Shown: positions 50,925 to 60,211 of the stretch, one piece after another
How the letters are laid out: every line of letters begins with the position of its first letter
How positions within the stretch are numbered: position 1 is the first letter of the stretch
Virus record (IMG/VR): IMGVR_UViG_3300028802_000008
Span: 13,320 to 77,319 of that record
Source of the DNA: a virus
Reading direction: 5' to 3' (one strand)
DNA: 64,000 nucleotides
Program-made: the position numbers and the translations under genes
Notes under the pieces: generated by a model
Database searches by the model: none
The model's input: the letters and a program-made list of their open reading frames with translations, nothing else
Told to the model about the DNA's origin: nothing

Positions 50925-51161
50925 TCACTGAGGTTTGGTGATCTGCATCGGTTGACCGAGTTTGATCTTCCAAACTCGTTTGCATTCGCGACACACAATC
51001 TCGACCCGTCCACCGATGGCTCGCATGTCCAAGAGGCTCCTTGCGCCTTTCATATGCCTTACCCACACAAACGGAACGCCGTCCTCGATTCCCGCCTTGG
51101 CAAGCAACGGCGTTCGGGAACATTCGCAACGAATCTCCTGAGGCGCGTCGAAGTCAGCCAT
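50925..51161 (-). CDS. Com-like zinc-ribbon protein
   Basis: EIRC.C...LLAK...VEIVCREC. Confidence 0.6.
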   Translation of the reverse strand: MADFDAPQEIRCECSRTPLLAKAGIEDGVPFVWVRHMKGARSLLDMRAIGGRVEIVCRECKRVWKIKLGQPMQITKPQ

Positions 51162-51654
51162 TCAGCTTGCGCTTTGGAGACTTATTGTTGGCTTGCTGAA
51201 TTGGTGTTGCCCACCGACAATTTGAAGGCTCGTAGTTGCCGTCATTGTCGATTCGATCCAAGCTTGTCCCCTCTGGCCGTTCACCCATGTCCGCCAGGAA
51301 TGTAGCGAAGTCGCTCCATGCTGGACAGACCGAGATTCCTCGCCCACCGTACCGGGCATACTGAGTCATCTTGGGGTTATTGCACCGCTGACGCATCGAG
51401 TCCCAACTGTTGTAAGTAGGGGTTTGACCACCAGCCGTGTGTCCATGCTTTGTCAACTTGGCCAGCGTCTCGTCAGAATGCTTCATGCCTTTGCGGGTTG
51501 CACTCATCTTCGCTCTGGTCTCTTCGGGCCGCGATCTGCCCTGAAGGGAAGCACGAATCTTCGCCTTGGTCTCCTCGGAGCACGGTTTGCGTACCCTGGC
51601 CTTATGAGTTGCACTCATCTTCGCTTTGGTCTCGTCTGAGTGCTTGTAACTCAT
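51154..51654 (-). CDS. HNH endonuclease with NUMOD3 repeats
   Basis: Four (H/C/R)(S/P)(D/E)ET.AK repeats; W.SM.QRC, YGGRGI.VC, DRIDNDGNYEP.NCRWAT. Confidence 0.9.
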   Translation of the reverse strand: MSYKHSDETKAKMSATHKARVRKPCSEETKAKIRASLQGRSRPEETRAKMSATRKGMKHSDETLAKLTKHGHTAGGQTPTYNSWDSMRQRCNNPKMTQYARYGGRGISVCPAWSDFATFLADMGERPEGTSLDRIDNDGNYEPSNCRWATPIQQANNKSPKRKLNG

Positions 51655-53081
51655 CCGTTCAGCTTTCCGCCAGAGCCAGGGCGAGTCACTCCTGCGGGAG
51701 TGTTCACGACCCGTTCTGGACGGTCGCGTTGCCGAAGATCAGGGGCGTTGCCCACCGGAGCATTGGGATCACCCGGAACCGGTTTGTTCTGAACCTGTCG
51801 CACTTCCTTCAACGTCATCCCGAGAGCCATCCCGAGTTGATCGATGTCAGGCATCATCTTGCCGCCCGAGATCAGTCCGGTGGCGATGGCACGAATCGTT
51901 TCGACGTTGTCCTTGCCGAGAGGTCGAATCTTCCACTCCACCCGCGGAGCGTTCGGAGAGAAGTTGTAATCCTTGATCCGCTGGAGGATGTAGGGGTCGA
52001 TGTATTCCTTGATGTCCATCGCCAAAGCGTTCAGCGACCACAGCCAAGTCTGCGTGTGCTGGACGCCGAGATTCAGCGACCCGTGCTCCCCCGCCCGCAT
52101 CAACAGCATCGGCGTGAAGATCGAAAGACTGATCTCCTCGTCCAATCGAGCGAGGTACCGCTCAAAGTCAGCACCCCGCATGTTGGACTCAAGATAACTG
52201 ATGTCGTAGGTGTATTCGCTTCCAACCGACGCCGAAGGGTCACGATCAGACGGCAACGTGACGGAACCACCGGAACGCAAACGCTCCAAGGATTCCTCGA
52301 TGACCTGCTTGCCGGTCTTCTCGATGTCGACACCGGACGCGTCCTTGTACTGGAACTCTTCCTGAAAGGGAGCACGCCCGATCGGTGTGGGCTCACCGAA
52401 CCGCTCAAAGTACCGATTGGAGAACAGGTGCATCAGGAGTGAGAAGTACCACGGAGCGAAAGCAGCCTCCAGAAGCTTCCGTCCGTAGTAGTTCCCGTGC
52501 TCACGCAGAAGCGGATACCACAGGGTGTGCTCGGGTGGCACCGGGTATCCGAGACCGATCTTGTCGATGCCGTCGTAAACCTTGACCTTCGGCGGAACGG
52601 TGTTCGCCCCGGTCACGTCCTGCGGTCGCGGGCGGTAGCTACTGGGGACTTCCTTCCAGTGGACCGCCGCCTGACTCGGATGGATGTCCTTCACCTTGTC
52701 AATGAAGACGTTCTGTCCGTTGTTGGCGTTGTCCCACTCCAGCACCATCGGCGAGAAGCCGGCCCAGTAAGCGGTTGAGAGTCCGCGGATCAACTCGGTC
52801 CAGATCAGACGGAGGTTCTCCTCCACGACATCAGCGATCTTCTGATCTTCGCACTCGACGTACCAGTCGCACTGATGCAGCATGAACGACATCAGACAAA
52901 GCGAAGCATTCACCTGTGGATGTGTCCGCATCTCGGAAAAATCAGCCAGCGTCAACTTGCTCGTGTCGAACATGATCGCCGGAAGCCCCATATACGACTG
53001 GAACGGTCGTCCCGAACCCTGCTCAAACGTCGCACCAAGTGCAGGAGGATCAGCTTTCCTGAAGTAAAACGGTTCGCTCAT
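51651..53081 (-). CDS. portal protein (Mu gp29/DUF935-like)
   Basis: AYWAGFS..LEW, GNYYG..L, ERFGEP. Confidence 0.85.
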   Translation of the reverse strand: MSEPFYFRKADPPALGATFEQGSGRPFQSYMGLPAIMFDTSKLTLADFSEMRTHPQVNASLCLMSFMLHQCDWYVECEDQKIADVVEENLRLIWTELIRGLSTAYWAGFSPMVLEWDNANNGQNVFIDKVKDIHPSQAAVHWKEVPSSYRPRPQDVTGANTVPPKVKVYDGIDKIGLGYPVPPEHTLWYPLLREHGNYYGRKLLEAAFAPWYFSLLMHLFSNRYFERFGEPTPIGRAPFQEEFQYKDASGVDIEKTGKQVIEESLERLRSGGSVTLPSDRDPSASVGSEYTYDISYLESNMRGADFERYLARLDEEISLSIFTPMLLMRAGEHGSLNLGVQHTQTWLWSLNALAMDIKEYIDPYILQRIKDYNFSPNAPRVEWKIRPLGKDNVETIRAIATGLISGGKMMPDIDQLGMALGMTLKEVRQVQNKPVPGDPNAPVGNAPDLRQRDRPERVVNTPAGVTRPGSGGKLNG

Positions 53082-53082
53082 A

Positions 53083-54987
53083 TCACTGCCTCGTTGGTGG
53101 TCGCCACATCATGGGGTCGGTGCCGATCCTCGGAGGGATCGGCGCACGAGCCGACATCCCTGAGAAAGCTGGGTGAGAACCAAGCATCGCATGAGTGCCA
53201 TTCATAGCAGAGTCCTCCCCCTGGCTGTCCCCCATTGAAGTATCCGAAGCGAACCTTCTATGGAACCGGGTTTCGCCCATGATGCTGGAAACAGTGCAGG
53301 CGATCGCGTCGGCAATGTCCTTGGAGCCGTCCGGTGGATGGTCGATCTTCATCCCCTCGTCCTGGAGTTGCGACAGTTCCTTGTAGACGATGTCGATCAA
53401 CGACGGATCAGTGATGGAAGCCGGGACCAGATACGGGGGGATCGCCACTCGATCCTCCACGATGGCGTCATGCAGATCGAAGTAGGGCAGCGTGCTCTTG
53501 TCAGCGGAGATGACCTCGGTGAGAATCCGACGACGGCTGAACTGCTGACGCATGTCCGTGCTCTGGAACCCATCGGTAGTGATCTTGACAATACGGAACT
53601 TGCGCTCGCGTTGCAGTTCGTAGATCAACGAACGGATGTCACCCAGGAAGATCTCACGGCCCGGAGGAGCCGTGATTCTCATCACTAGGTCGAAGGTGAT
53701 GAAGGGCTTCCGATCTCCATCCACCGTGATAAGGTCAGAGACGTGAGCAATGGCCAATCCAAGGGCATCGCCATCGGGGCTGTAGGCCACGTCGATATGA
53801 CCAATACGGGGAACCGAGTTGTCGGCCTTGAGGTCGTCGTGAAATCGGTTCTTGGAGTCCACGGGAATGAAGTCCCCGTACTTGGCGACATAAGCCTTCC
53901 TTGCATCATCAATCCGTGACGGATCGTGGAACAACGGCGAGTTGACAGCGGGCGGTCGACCAGCCAGATCACGGAGAGCCTTCTGCGGTGAGTTGAGGAA
54001 GTCCCGCTCGTACACACGGGGCACTTCCAAGACGTGTTCCGGGAATCCCTGGAGGCGAGCCAACTCCATCGTCGTGAACTCGTACCGCTGAGAGTCGTAC
54101 CAGAAGGAGTCGCGGCTTCCGTCCGGACGAAGGTACTTCTGCCATCCCATCGACTCCCAGATCGTGATCAGGCTCGTGTACGCCTGCGGATCGAGCCGCA
54201 TCTCTCGATACTTCTTGGCAGCGAAGCCCGCCGACTTCTTCATCTGACCGATAACGAGCAAGAAGCCACGGTTGTCGAAGCGCGACGTGATGCGGCCGTG
54301 GATCGTGGTGTAGCCCTGTTCGGCGTAGTCCTTGTTCTTGGTGATCTTGTGTGAGTCGGCCTCGTCCAGAATTCCGCCCAGGATGTTGTAGCCCTCAAAG
54401 GTGGTCTCGGCCGAGTCACCGGGGATGATCCAGATGTCCTTCTGGTCGAAGCGGAACTGCGTCTTGAACGTCGGGTTGTACCGGTAGTTCGCCCGGAACC
54501 AGGGCGAGTGATCGATGCGGGCTTTGATGTCGCCGAACACGACCTCCTTCGCCTGCGCCTCAGAAGTCGACATCTGCATGAAGGCGATGCGGCTTCCCGG
54601 CAACAGATTGAAGTATTCCTGGGGGTCTTTCAAGCAAAGCACCCAATGGGTCATGTAGGGAATGACGATCGATGCCAGTGTCGTCTTGCCCACGCCGATC
54701 GCCCCGGTAAATATCGCCCGCTCGTACTGAGCGATGCGATCAGTGTTCGTCTCCAATCCGAACAAGTCCATCAGGATGTTCTTCAGGCTGTGACGAACCA
54801 GCCGCTCGATGTTCAGGTAGTCGGGGCCGAGGAACTCGTAGATCGACGCGGGGCGTTGCTCAAACTCAGGATGATCCTGAAGCCACTTGAACTCAGCCTT
54901 CTGACGCGCATCCCCTGAGAGTAAGTTAATCAGTGTCACTGTAAGATGCCTCGATCGCCTTGCGGTAGACCGGAGGATCTTCACCAC
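53083..54987 (-). CDS. terL: terminase large subunit (true start probably about 54940)
   Basis: GAIGVGKT Walker A, ILDE Walker B, HID, DGFQS, IDHP..GSKDIADA. Confidence 0.9.
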   Translation of the reverse strand: MVKILRSTARRSRHLTVTLINLLSGDARQKAEFKWLQDHPEFEQRPASIYEFLGPDYLNIERLVRHSLKNILMDLFGLETNTDRIAQYERAIFTGAIGVGKTTLASIVIPYMTHWVLCLKDPQEYFNLLPGSRIAFMQMSTSEAQAKEVVFGDIKARIDHSPWFRANYRYNPTFKTQFRFDQKDIWIIPGDSAETTFEGYNILGGILDEADSHKITKNKDYAEQGYTTIHGRITSRFDNRGFLLVIGQMKKSAGFAAKKYREMRLDPQAYTSLITIWESMGWQKYLRPDGSRDSFWYDSQRYEFTTMELARLQGFPEHVLEVPRVYERDFLNSPQKALRDLAGRPPAVNSPLFHDPSRIDDARKAYVAKYGDFIPVDSKNRFHDDLKADNSVPRIGHIDVAYSPDGDALGLAIAHVSDLITVDGDRKPFITFDLVMRITAPPGREIFLGDIRSLIYELQRERKFRIVKITTDGFQSTDMRQQFSRRRILTEVISADKSTLPYFDLHDAIVEDRVAIPPYLVPASITDPSLIDIVYKELSQLQDEGMKIDHPPDGSKDIADAIACTVSSIMGETRFHRRFASDTSMGDSQGEDSAMNGTHAMLGSHPAFSGMSARAPIPPRIGTDPMMWRPPTRQ

Positions 54988-56392
54988 GAATGATGGCTTC
55001 CACCTGTTCTGCCGTTGCCGTGGCGGGGGCGATTCCGTGCTCCTCCAGGATGGCGATCACGCCAGCCATCACCTGTTGAGGCGTGGCTGCGGCGACAGCA
55101 CCGGCATTGGCGTTGTGGATGCCGACGTTGACCCGCGTCCCGGACATCTGACCAGCAATCGTCGGGTCCAGCAGCCGTGCCATCTGGATTCCCCGGTCGA
55201 AGACCGAGTTGGCGAGCGTGGTGACAGCCGGGGATACCTTGTAAACACCGCTGTCTTCGGCCTGCTGTTGTTCACTCACGATCGCCTTCTCCAACCGCCC
55301 TGCGCTCGCGGTGAGGAGAGTGCTGATCCCGTCGATGATGTCGCTCACCTTGCGTGAGCCGAACTTCTCCGACAACTTGAGTGCTTCAGTACCGTCCACG
55401 ATGCAAATAGCTCCTGGTCGAGAGTATGGACAACGGTTTGCAGCACTGCAAGTGTCGCAAATCCACTTGTCGTTGAGATTGGTCAGCTTGGGTCGATACT
55501 TTGACAATACCGGCTTCCAATCCTCATCGGGATCATCCCAGTCAGCCGAGTTCGGGTCCATGTCGGGGTGTCGCCCCTGAAACGCATACATCCGATCCTG
55601 ATTCCGCGTGATCCACAGCAGAGACTTGAGGTTGAACCGGTACACATACTGCGCCAACGCCCTGCGCTCTTTGATCCGACGGAACTCCGCAATCGACTCA
55701 CCGATCAGCCGCGCCCACTTCACATCAGCCTGTTTTCCCAGAGTCCGTTCACCATTGGGCAGCAGCAGAACCGGCCTGTCTCCGTTCCATTGCAGCGTCA
55801 CCGGGTGATCAAAGGAGTCGATCGAGATCCCCACCGTCCGCTGCACGCTCTTGCCACCATGCAGATGGAAGTCGATGTACGGATACTCACGCTTGAGATC
55901 CGAGATGTACGACATCATGTTCTGCCATTCAAAGGAACTCTTGGACGGATTGCGGATCAGAATCTTGTATGCCTGATTCTTGACCGCCGCATACGGCACT
56001 TCGTTACCCCAGAACGTACCGACGATCTCACCCGGCTCCGGATAGTGCTCACACAGACGCTTCAATGCGGGGAAGGTGTCATCCTTGTGTGACCAAGAGG
56101 GGTATGCGGCGATCGGCTTGCTCCAACCGTGCTTGCTGTCGAACAGCAACGAGACCCGTGCGTCGTACTCGACCAGGAGAGCGTTCCATGCGCGTCCTCG
56201 GGAATGGAACTCGATCGACTTCTTGGGATCGATCGCAATATTGCGCTTGAATTGGTACGTCTTCTGCGGAAAGACGAAGTTCTCAATGCCGTAGTCGAAG
56301 CAAATCCCGATATGGGGGCCGGGGGTGTTCACCCACAGGACGGACTCGTTGACCCAAGGGCTAACGACGCTTGTTTCCGGAATAGAACTCAT
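54926..56392 (-). CDS. large protein in the terS position: TGT-like N-terminus (tentative) plus Cys4/helical C-terminus
   Basis: FHLHG...IDSFD; CDTC.....CPY..PGAIC; overlaps terL start. Confidence 0.5.
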   Translation of the reverse strand: MSSIPETSVVSPWVNESVLWVNTPGPHIGICFDYGIENFVFPQKTYQFKRNIAIDPKKSIEFHSRGRAWNALLVEYDARVSLLFDSKHGWSKPIAAYPSWSHKDDTFPALKRLCEHYPEPGEIVGTFWGNEVPYAAVKNQAYKILIRNPSKSSFEWQNMMSYISDLKREYPYIDFHLHGGKSVQRTVGISIDSFDHPVTLQWNGDRPVLLLPNGERTLGKQADVKWARLIGESIAEFRRIKERRALAQYVYRFNLKSLLWITRNQDRMYAFQGRHPDMDPNSADWDDPDEDWKPVLSKYRPKLTNLNDKWICDTCSAANRCPYSRPGAICIVDGTEALKLSEKFGSRKVSDIIDGISTLLTASAGRLEKAIVSEQQQAEDSGVYKVSPAVTTLANSVFDRGIQMARLLDPTIAGQMSGTRVNVGIHNANAGAVAAATPQQVMAGVIAILEEHGIAPATATAEQVEAIIRGEDPPVYRKAIEASYSDTD

Positions 56393-58601
56393 CGTACTTA
56401 CAGGTCTTCTCCTTCTCGGTGTAGGCGCGATCGTACACAGCGAAGTCACCAGTCGGAGTCACGACGTGTGTTCGCTTGCCCGCCACTCCGGGAGTGTCAA
56501 CGAGGATCACCGTGACCAATCGTTGCTCCTTGAACATCAAATCCAAAGCCTTGTTGCGGATAACCGGCTCCGCAGCCCTCCACCACCGTTGTGTTCTGAT
56601 TTCACGAAGCTCAGGCCACAGACCCTTATTGTCGAATTGACCTTGAACCCACTCTTCGATCTTCGTGGACAAAATCGAGCCTTCAGACTCTTCCGGCGTC
56701 TGAACAAACTTGACAACGGATGACGCACAAGGAATGGTGTAACTCCACACCAAGTGGTATGCCGCGCTCACATGCTGTGGTTCAACAAACGGCGAGTTCT
56801 CATTGACCGCGAGCAGAAATGCGAACCGACAAACTTGATGCCTCCACCGGGAGAACATGTCACTTAGATCTTCGATGCCACTCAATTTCTGCTTGAGTGG
56901 ATGCGTCTCCAGAAGAAGCTGAGCATCATCCGAAAAGGGGATGAACTTCTTCTTGAACTGACAATCCTTCCACATCCGCTCAAACATCTTCACATACGGA
57001 GGATCAGGATCGAAATGAGCCTCAAAGGGAGGTTCCCCCACCTTGCGTCCGACGAAAAACAAGATGCGGTTGAAGAATCCAGATTCCAAATCTTCTCGTT
57101 CGGCCAGATGATGCAAGGCCTTGTTCTGCACCAAGAAAGTTCCGGTGAAGTAAGTATCGCGAACCGACCGCCGCCCGCCCGCCCGTGAATGATCCGACAC
57201 GACGACCTTTGGCTCATCTCGATCTTTGTAGAAATCATGGAAGATGATAAAGCGTTGCTTGATGTGCTCGCCCCCCTGTCGCTTCGATCGCGACGAAAAG
57301 GTTGCAAACTCTTGTTCGACGTACCAGAGATTGGTCGGCTTTTCTACCGGTGGTGTGTTGGGATCAAGCACATCATAGATTTCAGTCTTGGCTTCATCCA
57401 GGAAGGCTTCGGGAGAAGAAACCCCCATCGAGACACGAACACCTTCGCCCGTGACTTCATCTCGCTTGGTCCCCACAGCGTACTTAATCAAATTCTCCAA
57501 TCTGCTAAGCGCAGTGGACTTCCCTCCCGCCGTAGCACCCACCAGCATCACCATCGTCGCTCCGGTCAGATGATGCGTATACGAGCGAGATGTCGTGGAG
57601 TGCCCACAACAGATACCGATTGCTTGGAATCCCAAGGCGACAAAGAACTCGGGTGGCACCCATCCCTGTTCAATCTCAGCTTGAGTCATCCATGAATGCA
57701 GAAACGTGCCTTCGGGGATTCCCAAATCACGCCAATCCAAGGTCGGAAGATTATCCGTGTCGAAGAAATCATCGTCCAAGTCGTCATCAAGTTCCAGACC
57801 GCGGAGAAGCTCGTCGTCCGTAATGGTGATCGGCTCCGTGGCCTCATGAGACGCAGGCACAGTCGCAACCGGCTGCGCCCGCTCGACCTCTACTTCGGGT
57901 TCTTTGTCGAGTTGATTGGAAGCCCACTCATCGGTTCTCGCCTCCACATACTGGCCACCGTCGCTTGTGGAGACGATTGATATCCCCAATTCGTCAGCCA
58001 TCTCCTGAACGATTCGGGCGAACTCTGGCGTTCGGTGATACTGCCTCGGGTCCAAGTCATATTTCGCCGCTGCGTAGAAGTCGATTACGTCGCCACCGAG
58101 TGTGCATTTCCCGCAGTACCACGTCTGCTTACTTGTATTCACCCAGGCACTGGGATCGTTGTCGACGTGGTCGGAGTACGGGCACCGGACCTTGACGCCC
58201 TCCACCCGTTGATCCTTGATCCGCGTCTGGGGCTTCCCCCAGGTCCGCACCGCCTGGATGATGCCCACTCGCGACTTGATCTCATCGACGTAGTTGGGTC
58301 CGTCGTAGACCTCATCGGGAATGTCGTCCTGGAACTGATCAGGAACCTCAATCACTTCTGGCTTGGACTCTGGCTGATTGAGCCGCTGCTGGTACGCCTG
58401 CTGGGCCTGTTTGTTCAGGCCGACGACTTGGAACTTGACCATTTCCCCACCGGGCATGACCCGTTCCTTGCGTTCCTGTCGCGCCTCGGCGTCGTCAGGG
58501 TGCAGGATCGTCAGCAGTTCATCGATTACCGCTTCGGTAATCTCCCCGGAGTCGAACCGGGAGACGAGATCCTCGAAATTCACTGGACAAGGACATTCCA
58601 T
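56361..58601 (-). CDS. CHC2 zinc finger fused to P-loop helicase (DUF3987-like)
   Basis: CPY..H.DNDPS...WYCGKC..GGDVIDF; GATAGGKST; SGFFNR. Confidence 0.8.
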   Translation of the reverse strand: MECPCPVNFEDLVSRFDSGEITEAVIDELLTILHPDDAEARQERKERVMPGGEMVKFQVVGLNKQAQQAYQQRLNQPESKPEVIEVPDQFQDDIPDEVYDGPNYVDEIKSRVGIIQAVRTWGKPQTRIKDQRVEGVKVRCPYSDHVDNDPSAWVNTSKQTWYCGKCTLGGDVIDFYAAAKYDLDPRQYHRTPEFARIVQEMADELGISIVSTSDGGQYVEARTDEWASNQLDKEPEVEVERAQPVATVPASHEATEPITITDDELLRGLELDDDLDDDFFDTDNLPTLDWRDLGIPEGTFLHSWMTQAEIEQGWVPPEFFVALGFQAIGICCGHSTTSRSYTHHLTGATMVMLVGATAGGKSTALSRLENLIKYAVGTKRDEVTGEGVRVSMGVSSPEAFLDEAKTEIYDVLDPNTPPVEKPTNLWYVEQEFATFSSRSKRQGGEHIKQRFIIFHDFYKDRDEPKVVVSDHSRAGGRRSVRDTYFTGTFLVQNKALHHLAEREDLESGFFNRILFFVGRKVGEPPFEAHFDPDPPYVKMFERMWKDCQFKKKFIPFSDDAQLLLETHPLKQKLSGIEDLSDMFSRWRHQVCRFAFLLAVNENSPFVEPQHVSAAYHLVWSYTIPCASSVVKFVQTPEESEGSILSTKIEEWVQGQFDNKGLWPELREIRTQRWWRAAEPVIRNKALDLMFKEQRLVTVILVDTPGVAGKRTHVVTPTGDFAVYDRAYTEKEKTCKYDEFYSGNKRR

Positions 58602-59440
58602 TTCAAGTCAAGCATGGCTCCCTGCAATCGCAGGGCATCCATCGATGACAACTTACGGAGACCCCAATTCGGGATCTGGGGGAGCACGGGGTTCAAGGCA
58701 TAAGTTCTCATACCTCGCTCGTGCATCCCGAACGGCAACCTGATGAGGTTACCAAGCGAATCTGGCTCTTTGAGAGCATCCTGCTTTGGGAATATCTCGA
58801 TTTCGACACTGGGTGACCCCTGATGATTCTGATAGAAGTTTTCGCTTCTGCGGGCGAATATGGGTATTCCGTCCATCACCGAATGCGCCATCGCCCTCGC
58901 CTCCCCGGCAGGGATCAACTGGCCGAACGGCACAAAGACGTGTGCCCCTCCCCCTGTGATGATGATCGTACACGAGAGGCTCAAAGCCTCATAGACCTCA
59001 CGCTTGATGAACTCCACCGTGGAGCGAACGAGTGAGCACGCCCAACGGTGTGCCGGGTTCGCCGGGTTGTGGAGCGCATCCTCCAGATCGCCGTGGTGCT
59101 GAATCTGCATGTCCAGCGTCCCGTCCACGGGGGGCTCGCCGTCGCGGACACGGGTGTCGTCGCCAATCAGGAAGTAATCAGCGTCGTCTTTCAAGTCAAC
59201 GTCGAACGCGATGCAGCGCACCATCGAATCCCGATCCAACAGGTACGCACCGAGGCAGCGGTCGGCGAACAGGTGCTTACGAAAGTCATCCAAGGTGAAT
59301 TTCTCCCGGATGGCACACCATTCGCCGTTGCGGAACACGGCTTTGGCCTCACGTCGGCCGATGAACAACATGCCAAAGAGCTTGGAGGTCTCCCTCAGCA
59401 GGAGTTCATTGCGGGACAGGGTCTGTGGTTCGTCAGCCAC
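58580..59440 (-). CDS. archaeo-eukaryotic primase (TOTE-type domain)
   Basis: H......GAYLL, FDVD, GGGAHVF, EIFPKQ, GNLIRLPFG. Confidence 0.82.
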   Translation of the reverse strand: MADEPQTLSRNELLLRETSKLFGMLFIGRREAKAVFRNGEWCAIREKFTLDDFRKHLFADRCLGAYLLDRDSMVRCIAFDVDLKDDADYFLIGDDTRVRDGEPPVDGTLDMQIQHHGDLEDALHNPANPAHRWACSLVRSTVEFIKREVYEALSLSCTIIITGGGAHVFVPFGQLIPAGEARAMAHSVMDGIPIFARRSENFYQNHQGSPSVEIEIFPKQDALKEPDSLGNLIRLPFGMHERGMRTYALNPVLPQIPNWGLRKLSSMDALRLQGAMLDLKWNVLVQ

Positions 59441-59620
59441 GGCGGTTTGGCCTTTCGGTTAGGTGCGGGTCAGCGACCGTAGCCGACGTGTCGCCCCAGA
59501 GCAACCCCCGAAAAATGGTTCGACCCCGGTTCGGTCCTCGTGGTGACGAAGCCGAGAGGATGATTCCGAACCGAGGTCAAACACGCACCCTGACAGACCG
59601 TGGTGGCCATCAGAAGCGTC

Positions 59621-59649
59621 ATCATATGGATTGGAACGGTGTTCGTCAA
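59621..59649 (-). promoter_or_regulatory. SigA promoter for primase operon
   Basis: TTGACG-N17-TATGAT on minus strand. Confidence 0.75.
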
Positions 59650-59655
59650 CTCAGA

Positions 59656-60111
59656 TCACAGAAGTGATGGAATATCGTCATCCGGAGGTTCAAACTCGGC
59701 CGAATAACCTTCGTCGGTCGCGAGCCTTGTCCAAGTCACCGTGTTCTCGGGTGTCGGATACGTCCCGCTTTGCAGCGTGAGCGTGCCCTTGGTGGCGATG
59801 GCCTCGGTGATGCGAGCACGACCACCAAGACTGACCCGCGCATCATGATCCGGGGCGCGGGTCGGCGGCGAAGTCTGCCACCCGAACATCTTGGAACGCT
59901 GAGCTTGTTCAGCGATGACGCGGGTCACCCACTGGTTGACACTCAGCGTCTCCTTCTTGGCCGCTTCCTTGACAAGTTCATGAATCCAGTCCGGGTATCG
60001 GAAGACATGCTGATGCTGATCCGGTTCGGGTGGTGCGGGGACTTCCTCCAAGGGTGGATCGAAGACCATCGCCGGTTGCATGGTCGGCTGCGCTCGGGAC
60101 AAGTGCGTCAT
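59656..60111 (-). CDS. ribbon-helix-helix (HicB/Arc-like) DNA-binding protein
   Basis: FRYPDWIHELVKEAAKKETLSVNQWV. Confidence 0.7.
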   Translation of the reverse strand: MTHLSRAQPTMQPAMVFDPPLEEVPAPPEPDQHQHVFRYPDWIHELVKEAAKKETLSVNQWVTRVIAEQAQRSKMFGWQTSPPTRAPDHDARVSLGGRARITEAIATKGTLTLQSGTYPTPENTVTWTRLATDEGYSAEFEPPDDDIPSLL

Positions 60112-60211
60112 GGCAGCAACACCGCCACAAGTACCATGAAGCTGACGATCCCAATCAACAAGATGAGTTGATTGCGGAAGCTCATAGCGGGTTTGGGTTC
60201 AGGTTCGGGGG

